A stretch of DNA of 52,851 nucleotides, taken from the IMG/VR virus record IMGVR_UViG_3300043753_000018, positions 1 to 52,851 of that record; one strand, written 5' to 3'. A model generated the notes under the pieces. That model was given only the letters and a program-made list of their open reading frames with translations. It was not told the DNA's origin and searched no databases. The translations under genes were made by a program, and so were the position numbers. The DNA comes from a virus (Duplodnaviria > Caudoviricetes). Below are positions 17,557-26,399 of the stretch, piece after piece. How positions within the stretch are numbered: the stretch's first letter is position 1; each line of letters opens with the position of its first letter.

Positions 17557-20500
17557 GTGAGTAACCCGCTGCTCGGGGGCTTGGTCGACCCGTTCACCGC
17601 GGCGACCATCAACGCCGCGGTGTGGAACGCCTCCAGTGGCTCCGGCGTCAGTCTCGCGGCGCCGGGCCGGGTGGCGGTGCAGGCCACCAGCGCCTACCCA
17701 GCGCTCGGCGCCGGTGGCCCTTACGAGGCGACCGGGCAGTCCCTGTCCGCCCGCGTCACCCCGGCGCTCGCCGGGACCGGTGGCGCCGTGGTCCAGACGA
17801 TCTTCAAGGTCGAGCAGGACGCGAGCGACACGGCGTACTTCGTCTGCCAGCCGGGCAGCTTGTGGCAGGCCGTCGTCATCAACGCAGGCGTGTACACCAC
17901 GGTCACGCTGCCTGCTTACGATCCGACCGCGCACGCCTGGTGGCAGCTCACCGAGGCCTCGGGGCAGTGGCTGTTCTCGGTCAGCGCTGACGGCTTCAGC
18001 TGGGCCCAGCTGGCGTCGATCCCGTACACCTGGTCCCCGCACGCGGTGTCGGTCTACTACATCTCCGGGTCCTCGGTGGTCACCGGCGAGACCGCCTACC
18101 TGGAGCACGTCAACACCCCGGCCGGGTCCGGCTCGCTGCTGCCGAGCTGGCCGCAGGTCAGGTTCGAGGTCGCCTTCAACACCGGTGGCAGCATGACGAA
18201 CCAGCCGTCGTACGTCGATCTCTCCTCGCGGCTGCGCGGCAGCTGGTCGGCTGAACTCGCCGGCAGGCAGTACGAACTCGACCAGATCCAGAGCGGCCAG
18301 GCGACGCTCAGCTTGTGGAACCTCGACGGGGCGCTTGACCCGACGAACTCCTCCTCCCCGTACTACCCGGGCGTCGTGCCCATGCGGTCCTGCCGCCTCC
18401 AGGCCGTGTGGCCGCCGACCCGCAACCTGTTCCAGCCGGCCTACGCCTCCGGGACCGGCGGCAGCTGGTACGCCTGGCTGGGCACCGCTGCCCCGGCGAC
18501 GGGTCTCGCGCCGGCGCCCACCGGGCACACCACCGCGCTCGCCTGGACGTTCCCCGTCACGAGCAGCGGCGCGGGCGGCTGGCCACTCGTGACCGGCGCC
18601 ACCAGCACCGGTGCGGACGCCACGGCGTGGCCGGTCGTCGGCGGTCAGCCGTACGCCCTGTCGCTGTGGCTGTCGCGCTCCACGGGCGGCGACCCCACGG
18701 TGATCGCGACGCCATACATCCTCTGGTACGACCAGACCGGCGCGCAGATCGGTGAGGTGGGTACCACTGTCACGGTGCCGGTCCAGCCGGCTTGGGCACA
18801 GGGCACCCTCACCGCAACCGCCCCAGCGACTGCCGTCTCCGCGCGCATCGCCTGCTGGCTAGGCAACACCTCGACCACCGCCGTCAACACCTTCTACATC
18901 ACCGCGATGCAGCTGGAGCAGTCCGCCGCGGTGACGCCGTGGACGGCGGGCGGGGTGATCTACCCGATGTGGAGCGGGTACGTGGAGCGGTGGCCAGCGG
19001 TGTGGGCCCAGCAGGGCACCTACGGCACGATCGAGCTGACGTGCGTGGACCTTCTTGCGGGGCTGAGTGATTTCACGCTCCAGCCCTCGTTTCAGGCTCA
19101 GTTGCAGGCGCTCGGCCCGAGCATGCTGTATCCGCTCGATGAGGGGCAGGGGGCCAGCCAGTTCGCCGACGCGACCGGCCAGCGAAGTGCGCGCTTCCCG
19201 TGGGCGGCGCCGAACGGCGGGGCGGGGGCGTCGATCACGTCCGGCACGTCAGTGACGGGCAGCGGCTTCGTGGGTGCGCCGGGGCCGGTGACGACGATCT
19301 CCAACCCGACGCCCGGCGTCAACGCGGCGTCGCAGGCGATGTACATCAGCGCCCCGTGGGCCGGCCCGTGGGGGCCGCCTACGAGCGGCGGCTGGACCCG
19401 CGTGATCAGCTTCCGGACGCCCGTCACCTCAGTAGCCACGCTGATGGTGGTGTGGGCGGCCTCGGGGCCCGGCGCGTTCGGGTCGGGGCAAGCTGGCAGC
19501 CAGGCGTACTTGCAGATGGGCATCGACTCCAGCGGACACTTCGGCGCGGCGATCAGCAACGCCGCGGGTACCGCCACGACATCCGTCAGCGTGCCGGATT
19601 TCTCGTGCCTGGACGGGAATTGGCACACAGCGGTCATCCAACTCTCGTCCGACGGCAAAACGTTCACGGTGGCCTGCGACAACCACGGCTACCAGGCCAC
19701 CACCGCGAACGACTACCACCCGACCGGCTGCGTCAACGACACGGTCGGCGTGCTCCTCTTCAACAGCGCCGCCTACGAGTCGTTCAGCGGAGACGTCGCC
19801 TACATCACCGAATTCCCTTACGCCATCGGCAATGTGGCGGCGTTCGACCTCGGCAACGGGGTCTCCATGGGCTGGGCTGGGGAGAGCAGCGCGGCCCGGG
19901 CTCAGCGGATCCTGACGATGGCGGGCTACGGCGGCTCCATCTCGGCCGTGAGTGCCACCACGGCCATGGGTGGCGCCAATCTCGGTGGGACGGACGCCAT
20001 GAGCGCCCTGCAGTTGGTCGCGGACAGCGAGGCCGGGCAGGTTTTCGTGGACGCGTCCGGGACGCTGTGGCTGACGGGCCGGCGCTGGCGCTACATGCAG
20101 GCGACTGCCACCGCGGTGTTCGGGGAGGAGCAGGCGTCCGGCGAGATCCCGTACCTGGGCGACATCACTGTGGATTTCGACCCGACGCATATCTACAACG
20201 CGGCCGCGGTGACCAACGTGGTGGCGCCCGGGTCGCCGGACCAGCCCGTGGCGACCGCAGCCAACTTGGCGTCGCAGGCGGCTTACCTGCCGCGGACCCT
20301 GCCGCGCAGCATCAACGTGCAGGACACCACGCAGCCGGCGGTGGCCGCGCAGTACCTGGTGCAGCAGTACGGGCAGCCGCTGGCGCGTGTCTCGCAGGTG
20401 ACGGTGGATCCGGCGAGCAACCCGGCGCTCTGGCCGGCCGTGCTCGGCTTGGGCTTCGGCTCCCGGGTGGCGCTGAACCGCCGGCCGGGCGTCGCGCCTG

Positions 20501-20991
20501 AGGTTTCCCTCCAGCAGTTCGCGGAGCATCTGACCTGGAACGGTGACAACCAAGGGAAGCTCCAGCTGGCCCTGCAGCTCACCCCTGCGGCGCCGTTCAC
20601 CGGCTGGGGGCTGGCCGCACCCATGCACACCACGCTGGCGGCCCCGGCGACCGCTGGCACCAACACGATCACCCTCTCGCCGCTGTCCGGCTCCGCGAGC
20701 AACACCGCGGCGTCCGCACTGCCGGCGGGGACCGTGCTGACGGTCGGCTACGGCACCGCGGCCGCCGAGACCGTGACCGTGGCGCCGGGCGGCGTCGCCA
20801 CCACCAGCCCCGGCTACACCAGCGTCGTCGTCACCCTGACCGCCAACCTCGCCAGCAACCACGCGTCGGGCGCGACCGTCTGCCAGCCCCTGCCGGGCAC
20901 CGTCACGCTGCCGAGCACGGTCAGCTACCCGACCGGCCTGGACACCGGAGCCACCCTGACCGCCACCGGCGGCCCCCGCGCCGCCTACTGA
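17557..20991 (+). CDS. Large minor tail/tail-tip protein (lectin/CBM-like, LamG-like and hub-like regions)
   Basis: Follows TMP; GRQYELDQIQSGQATLSLWNLDGALDP motif; YPLDE...WHTAV LamG-like; DSEAGQVFVDASG. Confidence 0.85.
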   Translation: MSNPLLGGLVDPFTAATINAAVWNASSGSGVSLAAPGRVAVQATSAYPALGAGGPYEATGQSLSARVTPALAGTGGAVVQTIFKVEQDASDTAYFVCQPGSLWQAVVINAGVYTTVTLPAYDPTAHAWWQLTEASGQWLFSVSADGFSWAQLASIPYTWSPHAVSVYYISGSSVVTGETAYLEHVNTPAGSGSLLPSWPQVRFEVAFNTGGSMTNQPSYVDLSSRLRGSWSAELAGRQYELDQIQSGQATLSLWNLDGALDPTNSSSPYYPGVVPMRSCRLQAVWPPTRNLFQPAYASGTGGSWYAWLGTAAPATGLAPAPTGHTTALAWTFPVTSSGAGGWPLVTGATSTGADATAWPVVGGQPYALSLWLSRSTGGDPTVIATPYILWYDQTGAQIGEVGTTVTVPVQPAWAQGTLTATAPATAVSARIACWLGNTSTTAVNTFYITAMQLEQSAAVTPWTAGGVIYPMWSGYVERWPAVWAQQGTYGTIELTCVDLLAGLSDFTLQPSFQAQLQALGPSMLYPLDEGQGASQFADATGQRSARFPWAAPNGGAGASITSGTSVTGSGFVGAPGPVTTISNPTPGVNAASQAMYISAPWAGPWGPPTSGGWTRVISFRTPVTSVATLMVVWAASGPGAFGSGQAGSQAYLQMGIDSSGHFGAAISNAAGTATTSVSVPDFSCLDGNWHTAVIQLSSDGKTFTVACDNHGYQATTANDYHPTGCVNDTVGVLLFNSAAYESFSGDVAYITEFPYAIGNVAAFDLGNGVSMGWAGESSAARAQRILTMAGYGGSISAVSATTAMGGANLGGTDAMSALQLVADSEAGQVFVDASGTLWLTGRRWRYMQATATAVFGEEQASGEIPYLGDITVDFDPTHIYNAAAVTNVVAPGSPDQPVATAANLASQAAYLPRTLPRSINVQDTTQPAVAAQYLVQQYGQPLARVSQVTVDPASNPALWPAVLGLGFGSRVALNRRPGVAPEVSLQQFAEHLTWNGDNQGKLQLALQLTPAAPFTGWGLAAPMHTTLAAPATAGTNTITLSPLSGSASNTAASALPAGTVLTVGYGTAAAETVTVAPGGVATTSPGYTSVVVTLTANLASNHASGATVCQPLPGTVTLPSTVSYPTGLDTGATLTATGGPRAAY

Positions 20992-21005
20992 CCCCTGGAG
21001 CCGCC

Positions 21006-21542
21006 ATGGCCCTGGCCAGACCCACCCCGTACAGCTGGTCGGTGGGTGACACGATCAGCGTCACCCTGCTCAACGCGATTCGCGACGCCCTGAACTGGTC
21101 CCAGCAGCCGCCCGTGTTCATGGGGTACGGCACGACCTCGCAGTCCGTCGGCAACACCGGCTGGGCCGGGCTGAGCCTAGGAGCCTCGGTGGTCGACTCG
21201 TACAGCGGCCACTCCACCACCACCAACCCGTCCAGGTACACGTGCCAGACGGGGGCGGCCGGCTGGTATCTCGGCTCCGGGGTCTACGCCCCGGTGGCCA
21301 ACTCGACCGGATTCCGGGCGGCCAGATTGCAGGTCAACGGCAGCCCAGTGATCGGGGGTGCCGCCTACCTGATCAACAACAGCACGGTGGAGATGGGCGC
21401 CGTGACGCCCACCGTCCCCTTCTATCTCAACGTGGGGGACTACGTGGAGGTTGCCGGCTGGCAGAACACGGGCAGCTCCCTCGGCACCTCCCTGGATGTC
21501 GATCTCCGTTGCGCTCTGGGGGTGTGGTTCCTGCATGCCTGA
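21006..21542 (+). CDS. Minor tail protein/short fibre
   Basis: WSVGDTISVTLLNAIRDALN N terminus; YLNVGDYVEV C1q-like beta strands. Confidence 0.75.
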   Translation: MALARPTPYSWSVGDTISVTLLNAIRDALNWSQQPPVFMGYGTTSQSVGNTGWAGLSLGASVVDSYSGHSTTTNPSRYTCQTGAAGWYLGSGVYAPVANSTGFRAARLQVNGSPVIGGAAYLINNSTVEMGAVTPTVPFYLNVGDYVEVAGWQNTGSSLGTSLDVDLRCALGVWFLHA

Positions 21543-21942
21543 CACGCCCTTCCCCATGCCAGCGGCCGGCCCGCGGTGCGGCCACTGCCAGGAGCCCGCG
21601 CTCGTGCACTGGCTGCGCCGCCCAACTGCGGCGGAGTTCACCGCGGTTCTCGCCGCGGACAGTGCGCGCCGTGCTCGCGAGATCGAGGCCGCCGACCCGG
21701 ACGGGCCGCCCCCGGCGCTGTGGCCTGCACCGACCGCCGAGGCCACGACCATCGCCGTGTACGCCTGCGCCACGCACGCGATCCACCTGGACGCCGCCGC
21801 CCTGGTGCACGCGGCTTCCTGCACGGCGCCGAGCCCCGGCCACCTACCGGGCTGCGACTGCACGCCCGAGCCTGCGCCGACTCCCAAGCCGCTGACCGGC
21901 CCGAAAACGACGTTGCCGACCGGCTGGGTCCTGCCGGCCTGA
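21535..21942 (+). CDS. Cys/His-rich hypothetical protein
   Basis: Overlaps previous stop; CGHC, CATH, C...CDC. Confidence 0.65.
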   Translation: MPDTPFPMPAAGPRCGHCQEPALVHWLRRPTAAEFTAVLAADSARRAREIEAADPDGPPPALWPAPTAEATTIAVYACATHAIHLDAAALVHAASCTAPSPGHLPGCDCTPEPAPTPKPLTGPKTTLPTGWVLPA

Positions 21943-21960
21943 CCTGTCCCCACCCTCACG

Positions 21961-21985
21961 CCCCGCCGTGTGCGGGGCTTTCGCA
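21961..21985 (+). terminator. Putative terminator after tail genes
   Basis: ccccgc-cgtgt-gcgggg followed by ctttc. Confidence 0.45.
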
Positions 21986-21996
21986 TGCCTGGAGGC

Positions 21997-22461
21997 ATGA
22001 TGACCGACCACGACCATCACGAGGTCGCCGCGCACGACCAGGGCGGCTCCGCGCACTGGATCGCCCACGTGCCCGCGCACGAGCCCCGCGAGGGCGACCC
22101 GCACTACCACCTGTTCCACGCCGCGAAGGAGCGGATGCGACGCCTCGGTCTGCTGAGGTGCGCGATCCCCGGCTGCACCTTCCCGGGCCCGATCGAGCTG
22201 CACCACACGCACGTGGAGTTCTCACTCGCGGGCGGCGTCGATCTGGAGCTCGCTTCGAAGGCGTTCGGCCACCACTTCGAGGGCGACGACGACTTCGCGG
22301 CCTGGGTGGAGTCGCCGGGGAACCTGGAGCCGCTGTGCCCGGTCCATCACCGCACGCACCTCGGCGTGCACGTCCTGCCGGGCCCGCTGTGGGAGCCGCT
22401 GCGGGTGTGGCGGGCCGACATGGCGCCCCCGGCCGAGGCCGTCCAGGGGGCGGACCGATGA
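21997..22461 (+). CDS. HNH-like, His-rich protein
   Basis: CAIPGC...ELHH...GNLEPLCPVHHR pattern. Confidence 0.65.
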   Translation: MMTDHDHHEVAAHDQGGSAHWIAHVPAHEPREGDPHYHLFHAAKERMRRLGLLRCAIPGCTFPGPIELHHTHVEFSLAGGVDLELASKAFGHHFEGDDDFAAWVESPGNLEPLCPVHHRTHLGVHVLPGPLWEPLRVWRADMAPPAEAVQGADR

Positions 22462-22799
22462 GCCGGGTCAGCGAGTTCAACGAGCGCCTGGCGGTCCGGG
22501 CGACGCGGGCGTTCGGCAGCATGTGGACGACCTACGGCCTGTTCCTGTACGGGTTCCTGCCGGTCCTGCTGCCCGGCGCGATGACCGCGCTCCTGTACTG
22601 GTCGAACACGGTGCAGTTGTGGAGCTTGCCGCTGCTGATGGTCGGCCAGTCCGTCCTCGGCCGCGCCGCTGAGCGCCAGGCACGCGAGACCCATGACGCA
22701 GTACTGGAGGAACTCGCGCTTCTCCGTGCCGAACGCAGTCGGCAGCCTGCCGACGCTGCCGCACTCGCTGATACCAACACCCCACCCCTGGAGGACTGA
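22458..22799 (+). CDS. DUF1003-like two-TM membrane protein (holin candidate)
   Basis: NERLA..TRAFGSMW, two hydrophobic segments, QLWSLPLLMVGQ; coupled to endolysin. Confidence 0.7.
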   Translation: MSRVSEFNERLAVRATRAFGSMWTTYGLFLYGFLPVLLPGAMTALLYWSNTVQLWSLPLLMVGQSVLGRAAERQARETHDAVLEELALLRAERSRQPADAAALADTNTPPLED

Positions 22800-23695
22800 T
22801 GGGCATCTACGGCCAGGACTGGGCCAGCTACCAGCCCGCACAGCCGAGCACGACCGGCCTGAACTTCGCCTTCGTCAAGATCACCGAAGGCATGACCTAC
22901 ACCAACCCCGAGTGGACCAGCCAGCGGGACACCGCCCGCGCCGCGGGCCTGGTGGTGGGCTACTACCACTACCCGGACATGACCCACGCGCCGGAGACCG
23001 AGGCGGACCACTTCCTCTCGCTCGCGCAGCCGCAGCCCGGCGAGATGCTGTGCCTGGACTGGGAGGGCTACGACACCACCAACTCGGCCGTGCCGCACGC
23101 CACCCAGCTCACCTACAAGGAGACGTTCCTCCGCCACCTGAAGGCGGCGGCGCCGCACCAGCCGGTCGGCCTGTACTGCAATGTCGACTACTGGGAGAAC
23201 GTCGACACCACGGGGTTCTCCCAGGACTTCCTGTGGATCGCGACCGCGGGCCTGCCGGCCGGGCAGCCCGGGATCAAGGCGAACTGGCTGTTCCACCAGT
23301 ACTCCAGCTCTGGCGGCGCGGATCAGGACTTCTGCCACCTGGGGAGCACGGCGGAGCTACGGTCGTGGGCGCTGGGCTTCCAGCCTGCCCCGACGCCGGC
23401 CCCTGCTCCGGCTCCCGCCCCGGCTCCCGCGCCGAAGCCGACCCCGCAGCCGTCCCACCCTGCGTGGCCCGGGGAGTACCTGCGGGTGCAGTCCCCGATG
23501 CTGCATGACGGCAACGTCCGCACCTGGCAGCAGCGCATGCACGACCGCGGCTGGAGCATCACGGTCGACGGCTGGTACGGGCCCGCCTCGGCGAGCATCT
23601 GCCGCCAGTTCCAGCAGCAGAAGCGCCTGACCGTGGACGGCATCGTCGGCCCGCAGACGTGGGACGCGGCCTGGACTGACCTGGTTACCCGGTAG
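22799..23695 (+). CDS. Endolysin: GH25 muramidase plus peptidoglycan-binding domain
   Basis: GQDWASYQ, FVKITEG, GYYHY, LDWE, WLFHQY; PAPA linker; VDGWYGP...FQ...VDGIVGPQTW. Confidence 0.93.
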   Translation: MGIYGQDWASYQPAQPSTTGLNFAFVKITEGMTYTNPEWTSQRDTARAAGLVVGYYHYPDMTHAPETEADHFLSLAQPQPGEMLCLDWEGYDTTNSAVPHATQLTYKETFLRHLKAAAPHQPVGLYCNVDYWENVDTTGFSQDFLWIATAGLPAGQPGIKANWLFHQYSSSGGADQDFCHLGSTAELRSWALGFQPAPTPAPAPAPAPAPAPKPTPQPSHPAWPGEYLRVQSPMLHDGNVRTWQQRMHDRGWSITVDGWYGPASASICRQFQQQKRLTVDGIVGPQTWDAAWTDLVTR

Positions 23696-23703
23696 GGGGC
23701 GGC

Positions 23704-24030
23704 GTGGATTCCACTGGCATCGTCGCCGTGGACGACCTGGTGATCTGGTCGGTGGCTCTCACGGCGATCGCCGGGTCTGCGGCTCTGCTCTGGCGCCTCA
23801 CCCGCGGTGTGCGGCGCCTCCTGAGCCGGCTGGACGAGTTCGTCGATGACTGGCAGGGGACGCCGGGTCGGCCCGGGGTCCCGGGGCACGAGGGGGTGAT
23901 GGCGCGGCTCTGCGGTATCGAGGATCGGCTCGCTGCGGTTGAGCACGAGCTCCATCCGAACTCGGGTGGCAGCTTGCGTGATGCCGTCGATCGGGTTGAT
24001 CAGCGCACTGCCCGGCTCGACCCCGCGTAG
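23704..24030 (+). CDS. Single-TM membrane protein of lysis cassette
   Basis: N-terminal TM; ELHPNSGGSLRDAVDR motif common after actinophage lysins. Confidence 0.75.
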   Translation: MDSTGIVAVDDLVIWSVALTAIAGSAALLWRLTRGVRRLLSRLDEFVDDWQGTPGRPGVPGHEGVMARLCGIEDRLAAVEHELHPNSGGSLRDAVDRVDQRTARLDPA

Positions 24031-24039
24031 ATCTGCCTC

Positions 24040-24069
24040 GCCCCCGTTCGCCTTCGGGCGGGCGGGGGC
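24040..24069. terminator. Bidirectional terminator hairpin
   Basis: gcccccgttcgcc-ttcg-ggcgggcgggggc between convergent genes. Confidence 0.75.
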
Positions 24070-24076
24070 GGCTTCG

Positions 24077-24235
24077 TCATGTCTGCTCACGGTGCTGGGG
24101 ACAGTGGCAGGTAGGCCATGGTCGGCGGCGACCGTAGAGCCCGGGGATTTGGCCGGGGGTGGTGTGGCACGGGGTGTGACCGTACTGCCGACCCTCGGGG
24201 GTGACCTTGTAGGTGCGGATGGTGATGGCGGACAT
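24077..24235 (-). CDS. Small hypothetical protein (CxCxxH)
   Basis: GGAG RBS before MSAITIRTYKV; C-terminal CHCPQH. Confidence 0.55.
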   Translation of the reverse strand: MSAITIRTYKVTPEGRQYGHTPCHTTPGQIPGLYGRRRPWPTCHCPQHREQT

Positions 24236-24312
24236 GGCTGCTCCAGGTGGCTTGGCTGGCCGGTTTGTCCATATTCCAACCGGTTGCACTGGCCATCCAT
24301 TCCCGGGATCGG

Positions 24313-24615
24313 CTACTCGCCCCGGGCCGCCCGCACGGACGCGTCCCACGCCTGCCAGAGCGTCGCCGGATCCTGAAGAGCAGGGTGCCGGCGCACCGCC
24401 GAAGCCGCCTCGGCCCGCACCTCACGCAGCCGGATCAGCTCCGCGTCCTCCTCCGGCTCCCACGACGCGCGCTCCAGCGACTGGTCCTCAAGGGGATAGA
24501 GCTCCCGGCGCCGAGCACTCACCTCGGCCACGTACTCACCGACCGCCTCATCGGCGGCGATGCGCTCGCGCTGGAGCTGAATGAGGTCGTCGGGCAGGGG
24601 GAGCGGGTCAGGCAC
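24313..24615 (-). CDS. Hypothetical helical protein
   Basis: LPDDLIQLQR...AVRRHP; GC3-rich. Confidence 0.65.
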   Translation of the reverse strand: MPDPLPLPDDLIQLQRERIAADEAVGEYVAEVSARRRELYPLEDQSLERASWEPEEDAELIRLREVRAEAASAVRRHPALQDPATLWQAWDASVRAARGE

Positions 24616-24843
24616 GGTCGGATCCTAGGGCAGAGGTCGGACGGACAGATGGCCACTCGCCGAAGCTGCGGCGGGCGACCCACATCATCATCGTACTGGC
24701 GTTCGATTAACTCTCGTCGCAGACACGCAGCCGCTCCCGTCCGGGTTCTGGCCAGCTGCCGTGGCAGCGCACGGCAGCGATCTACTGACGGAACGTCACT
24801 CGGCGGGCATACACTCGGCGCAGGGTCTTCGAGAGGGGATGCA

Positions 24844-25080
24844 GTGCCTGATACAGCACTCCGCACCGAGTTCGTCTACGACGTCCGCTACGTCCTCGCG
24901 CCCGACGGGGAGACCGCACATACCCGCCGCGTGACGGTCGTGGACCCCGATCCACAGCCGGGCATGGGCCCATCGCTCGGACGCATCCACCAGGCGCTCC
25001 GCGAGGCCATCGGCCGACCAGAGGTGCGGGAGGAGCTTCAGCTCCTCTGGGTGCGCGCCCCAGAGGACGCCGAGGCTTAG
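24844..25080 (+). CDS. Hypothetical protein
   Basis: GAGGGG RBS before GTG 24844. Confidence 0.55.
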   Translation: MPDTALRTEFVYDVRYVLAPDGETAHTRRVTVVDPDPQPGMGPSLGRIHQALREAIGRPEVREELQLLWVRAPEDAEA

Positions 25081-26114
25081 GAGCGCTGGCGGGCGTCGGC
25101 GAGGCGCATCGAGTAGAACGCGGCGTCGCGCGGGTACCCCTCCAGGCTGGCCAGGCCGCGTTCCAGCGCGTCGGCAGCCATGCTCCAGTCGCGTGCGGCG
25201 TGCGCGGCCTCGCCCAGCAGCAGCGTCGCCCGAGTCGGGGACAGCCAGTACAGCCAGCCAGGCCGCTCGCCCTCGTCCGGCACGCGCAGCGCCAGGTCGT
25301 AGGCCTCCTGGGCAAGGCGCCGCGCCAGATCCCGGTCACCGGCCGCCGCGGCAGCCATCGCCGCAGTGTGCTGTGCGATCGATTCCGCCGCCGGCGACAG
25401 CCGACCCGAGCCGCTGACCGCCGTCTCCGCAGTCCGCAGCGCCCGAACCGGGTCGCCGCCGCCGAGCGTGTAGTAGGCCCGCACCCGGGTGATCCAGCTC
25501 GCCATGTCCGCCGATCCCGCATCGAGCGACCAGCCGTGCGCCAGGTCGAGCCAGGACATTGCCGCCCCGTGTCGCCCCTGCCCGTGGGCTACCCAGCTGA
25601 GCCAGTGCGCGTGTTCGGCGGCGAGGAGCAGCAGCCGGTCCGCCGCTGGCCCCGCCGCGCCGGGGATGAGACGGGTGACCGCGTCAAGCTGGGAGCGGAC
25701 CACGGGCCACAGGTCGGCCCCAGAGCCGTCGTCCTCGGCGCGCCGGTGCTCGGAGAGGACACGGGCGATCCAGTCCGCGGCGCGTAGGTCGGTGCGGCCA
25801 GCGGTGTGGGCGCGGGCGATGCGCTCGGTCAGTTCCGGGTCGGGTGACCAGCTCGTGTCGGCGGTGGTGAGTCCCAGGAGCTCGGGCGGCACGCGTAGTC
25901 CCTCGGTGAGTCGGTGGATGACGGCCGCCTGCTCGATGCGGCGCCGGCCGCGCTCAATGAGGCTGATGTGCGATTGCGGCATGCCGATCAGCGCGCCGAG
26001 TTCCAGTTGGCTGATCCGGGCTGCTCGCCGGTACTCGCGGAGTACCGCGGCCCAGTCGGAGGCGGCCCAGGCGGCGCGCAGGCGGGGGTCCGCCCATGGT
26101 CCTGCATCAGGCAT
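25077..26114 (-). CDS. XRE-family HTH regulator with helical TPR-like C-terminal region
   Basis: LREYRRAARISQLELGALIGMPQSHISLIERGRR; helical repeats typical of Streptomyces XRE-TPR regulators. Confidence 0.85.
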   Translation of the reverse strand: MPDAGPWADPRLRAAWAASDWAAVLREYRRAARISQLELGALIGMPQSHISLIERGRRRIEQAAVIHRLTEGLRVPPELLGLTTADTSWSPDPELTERIARAHTAGRTDLRAADWIARVLSEHRRAEDDGSGADLWPVVRSQLDAVTRLIPGAAGPAADRLLLLAAEHAHWLSWVAHGQGRHGAAMSWLDLAHGWSLDAGSADMASWITRVRAYYTLGGGDPVRALRTAETAVSGSGRLSPAAESIAQHTAAMAAAAAGDRDLARRLAQEAYDLALRVPDEGERPGWLYWLSPTRATLLLGEAAHAARDWSMAADALERGLASLEGYPRDAAFYSMRLADARQRS

Positions 26115-26210
26115 GTCCTGACGATACGTCAGACGTATATCGCTGCGTATCGCATTCATCGCGTTTGGTGACGACGATCTGCCTCAGGATCTCCCGCCAA
26201 GAGGTGACAG

Positions 26211-26399
26211 ATGAGCAGAGCAGCGTCCACGGTCGTACAGGCTGAGCCGCCGCGACCCCTGACCTACGAGCAGCTGCACGAGCAACAGTGCATTGCCTGC
26301 TCGGCTACCACCGACCTGCGGCCGGCCGGGCACCGCACGGTGAACGGTCTCGCGTGGGCCGTGGTCGCCTGCCCCAAGCACGAGGGAGAGGCCTCCTGA
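26211..26399 (+). CDS. Small zinc-finger-like protein
   Basis: CIAC...CPKH; GAGGTG RBS; divergent from XRE regulator. Confidence 0.7.
   Translation: MSRAASTVVQAEPPRPLTYEQLHEQQCIACSATTDLRPAGHRTVNGLAWAVVACPKHEGEAS

Noticed and set aside
17557-21542. Diversity-generating retroelement or invertible tail cassette
   Set aside because: No reverse transcriptase, template/variable repeat pair or invertase was seen.
23385-23450. PAPAPA repeat in endolysin
   Set aside because: Ordinary interdomain linker.
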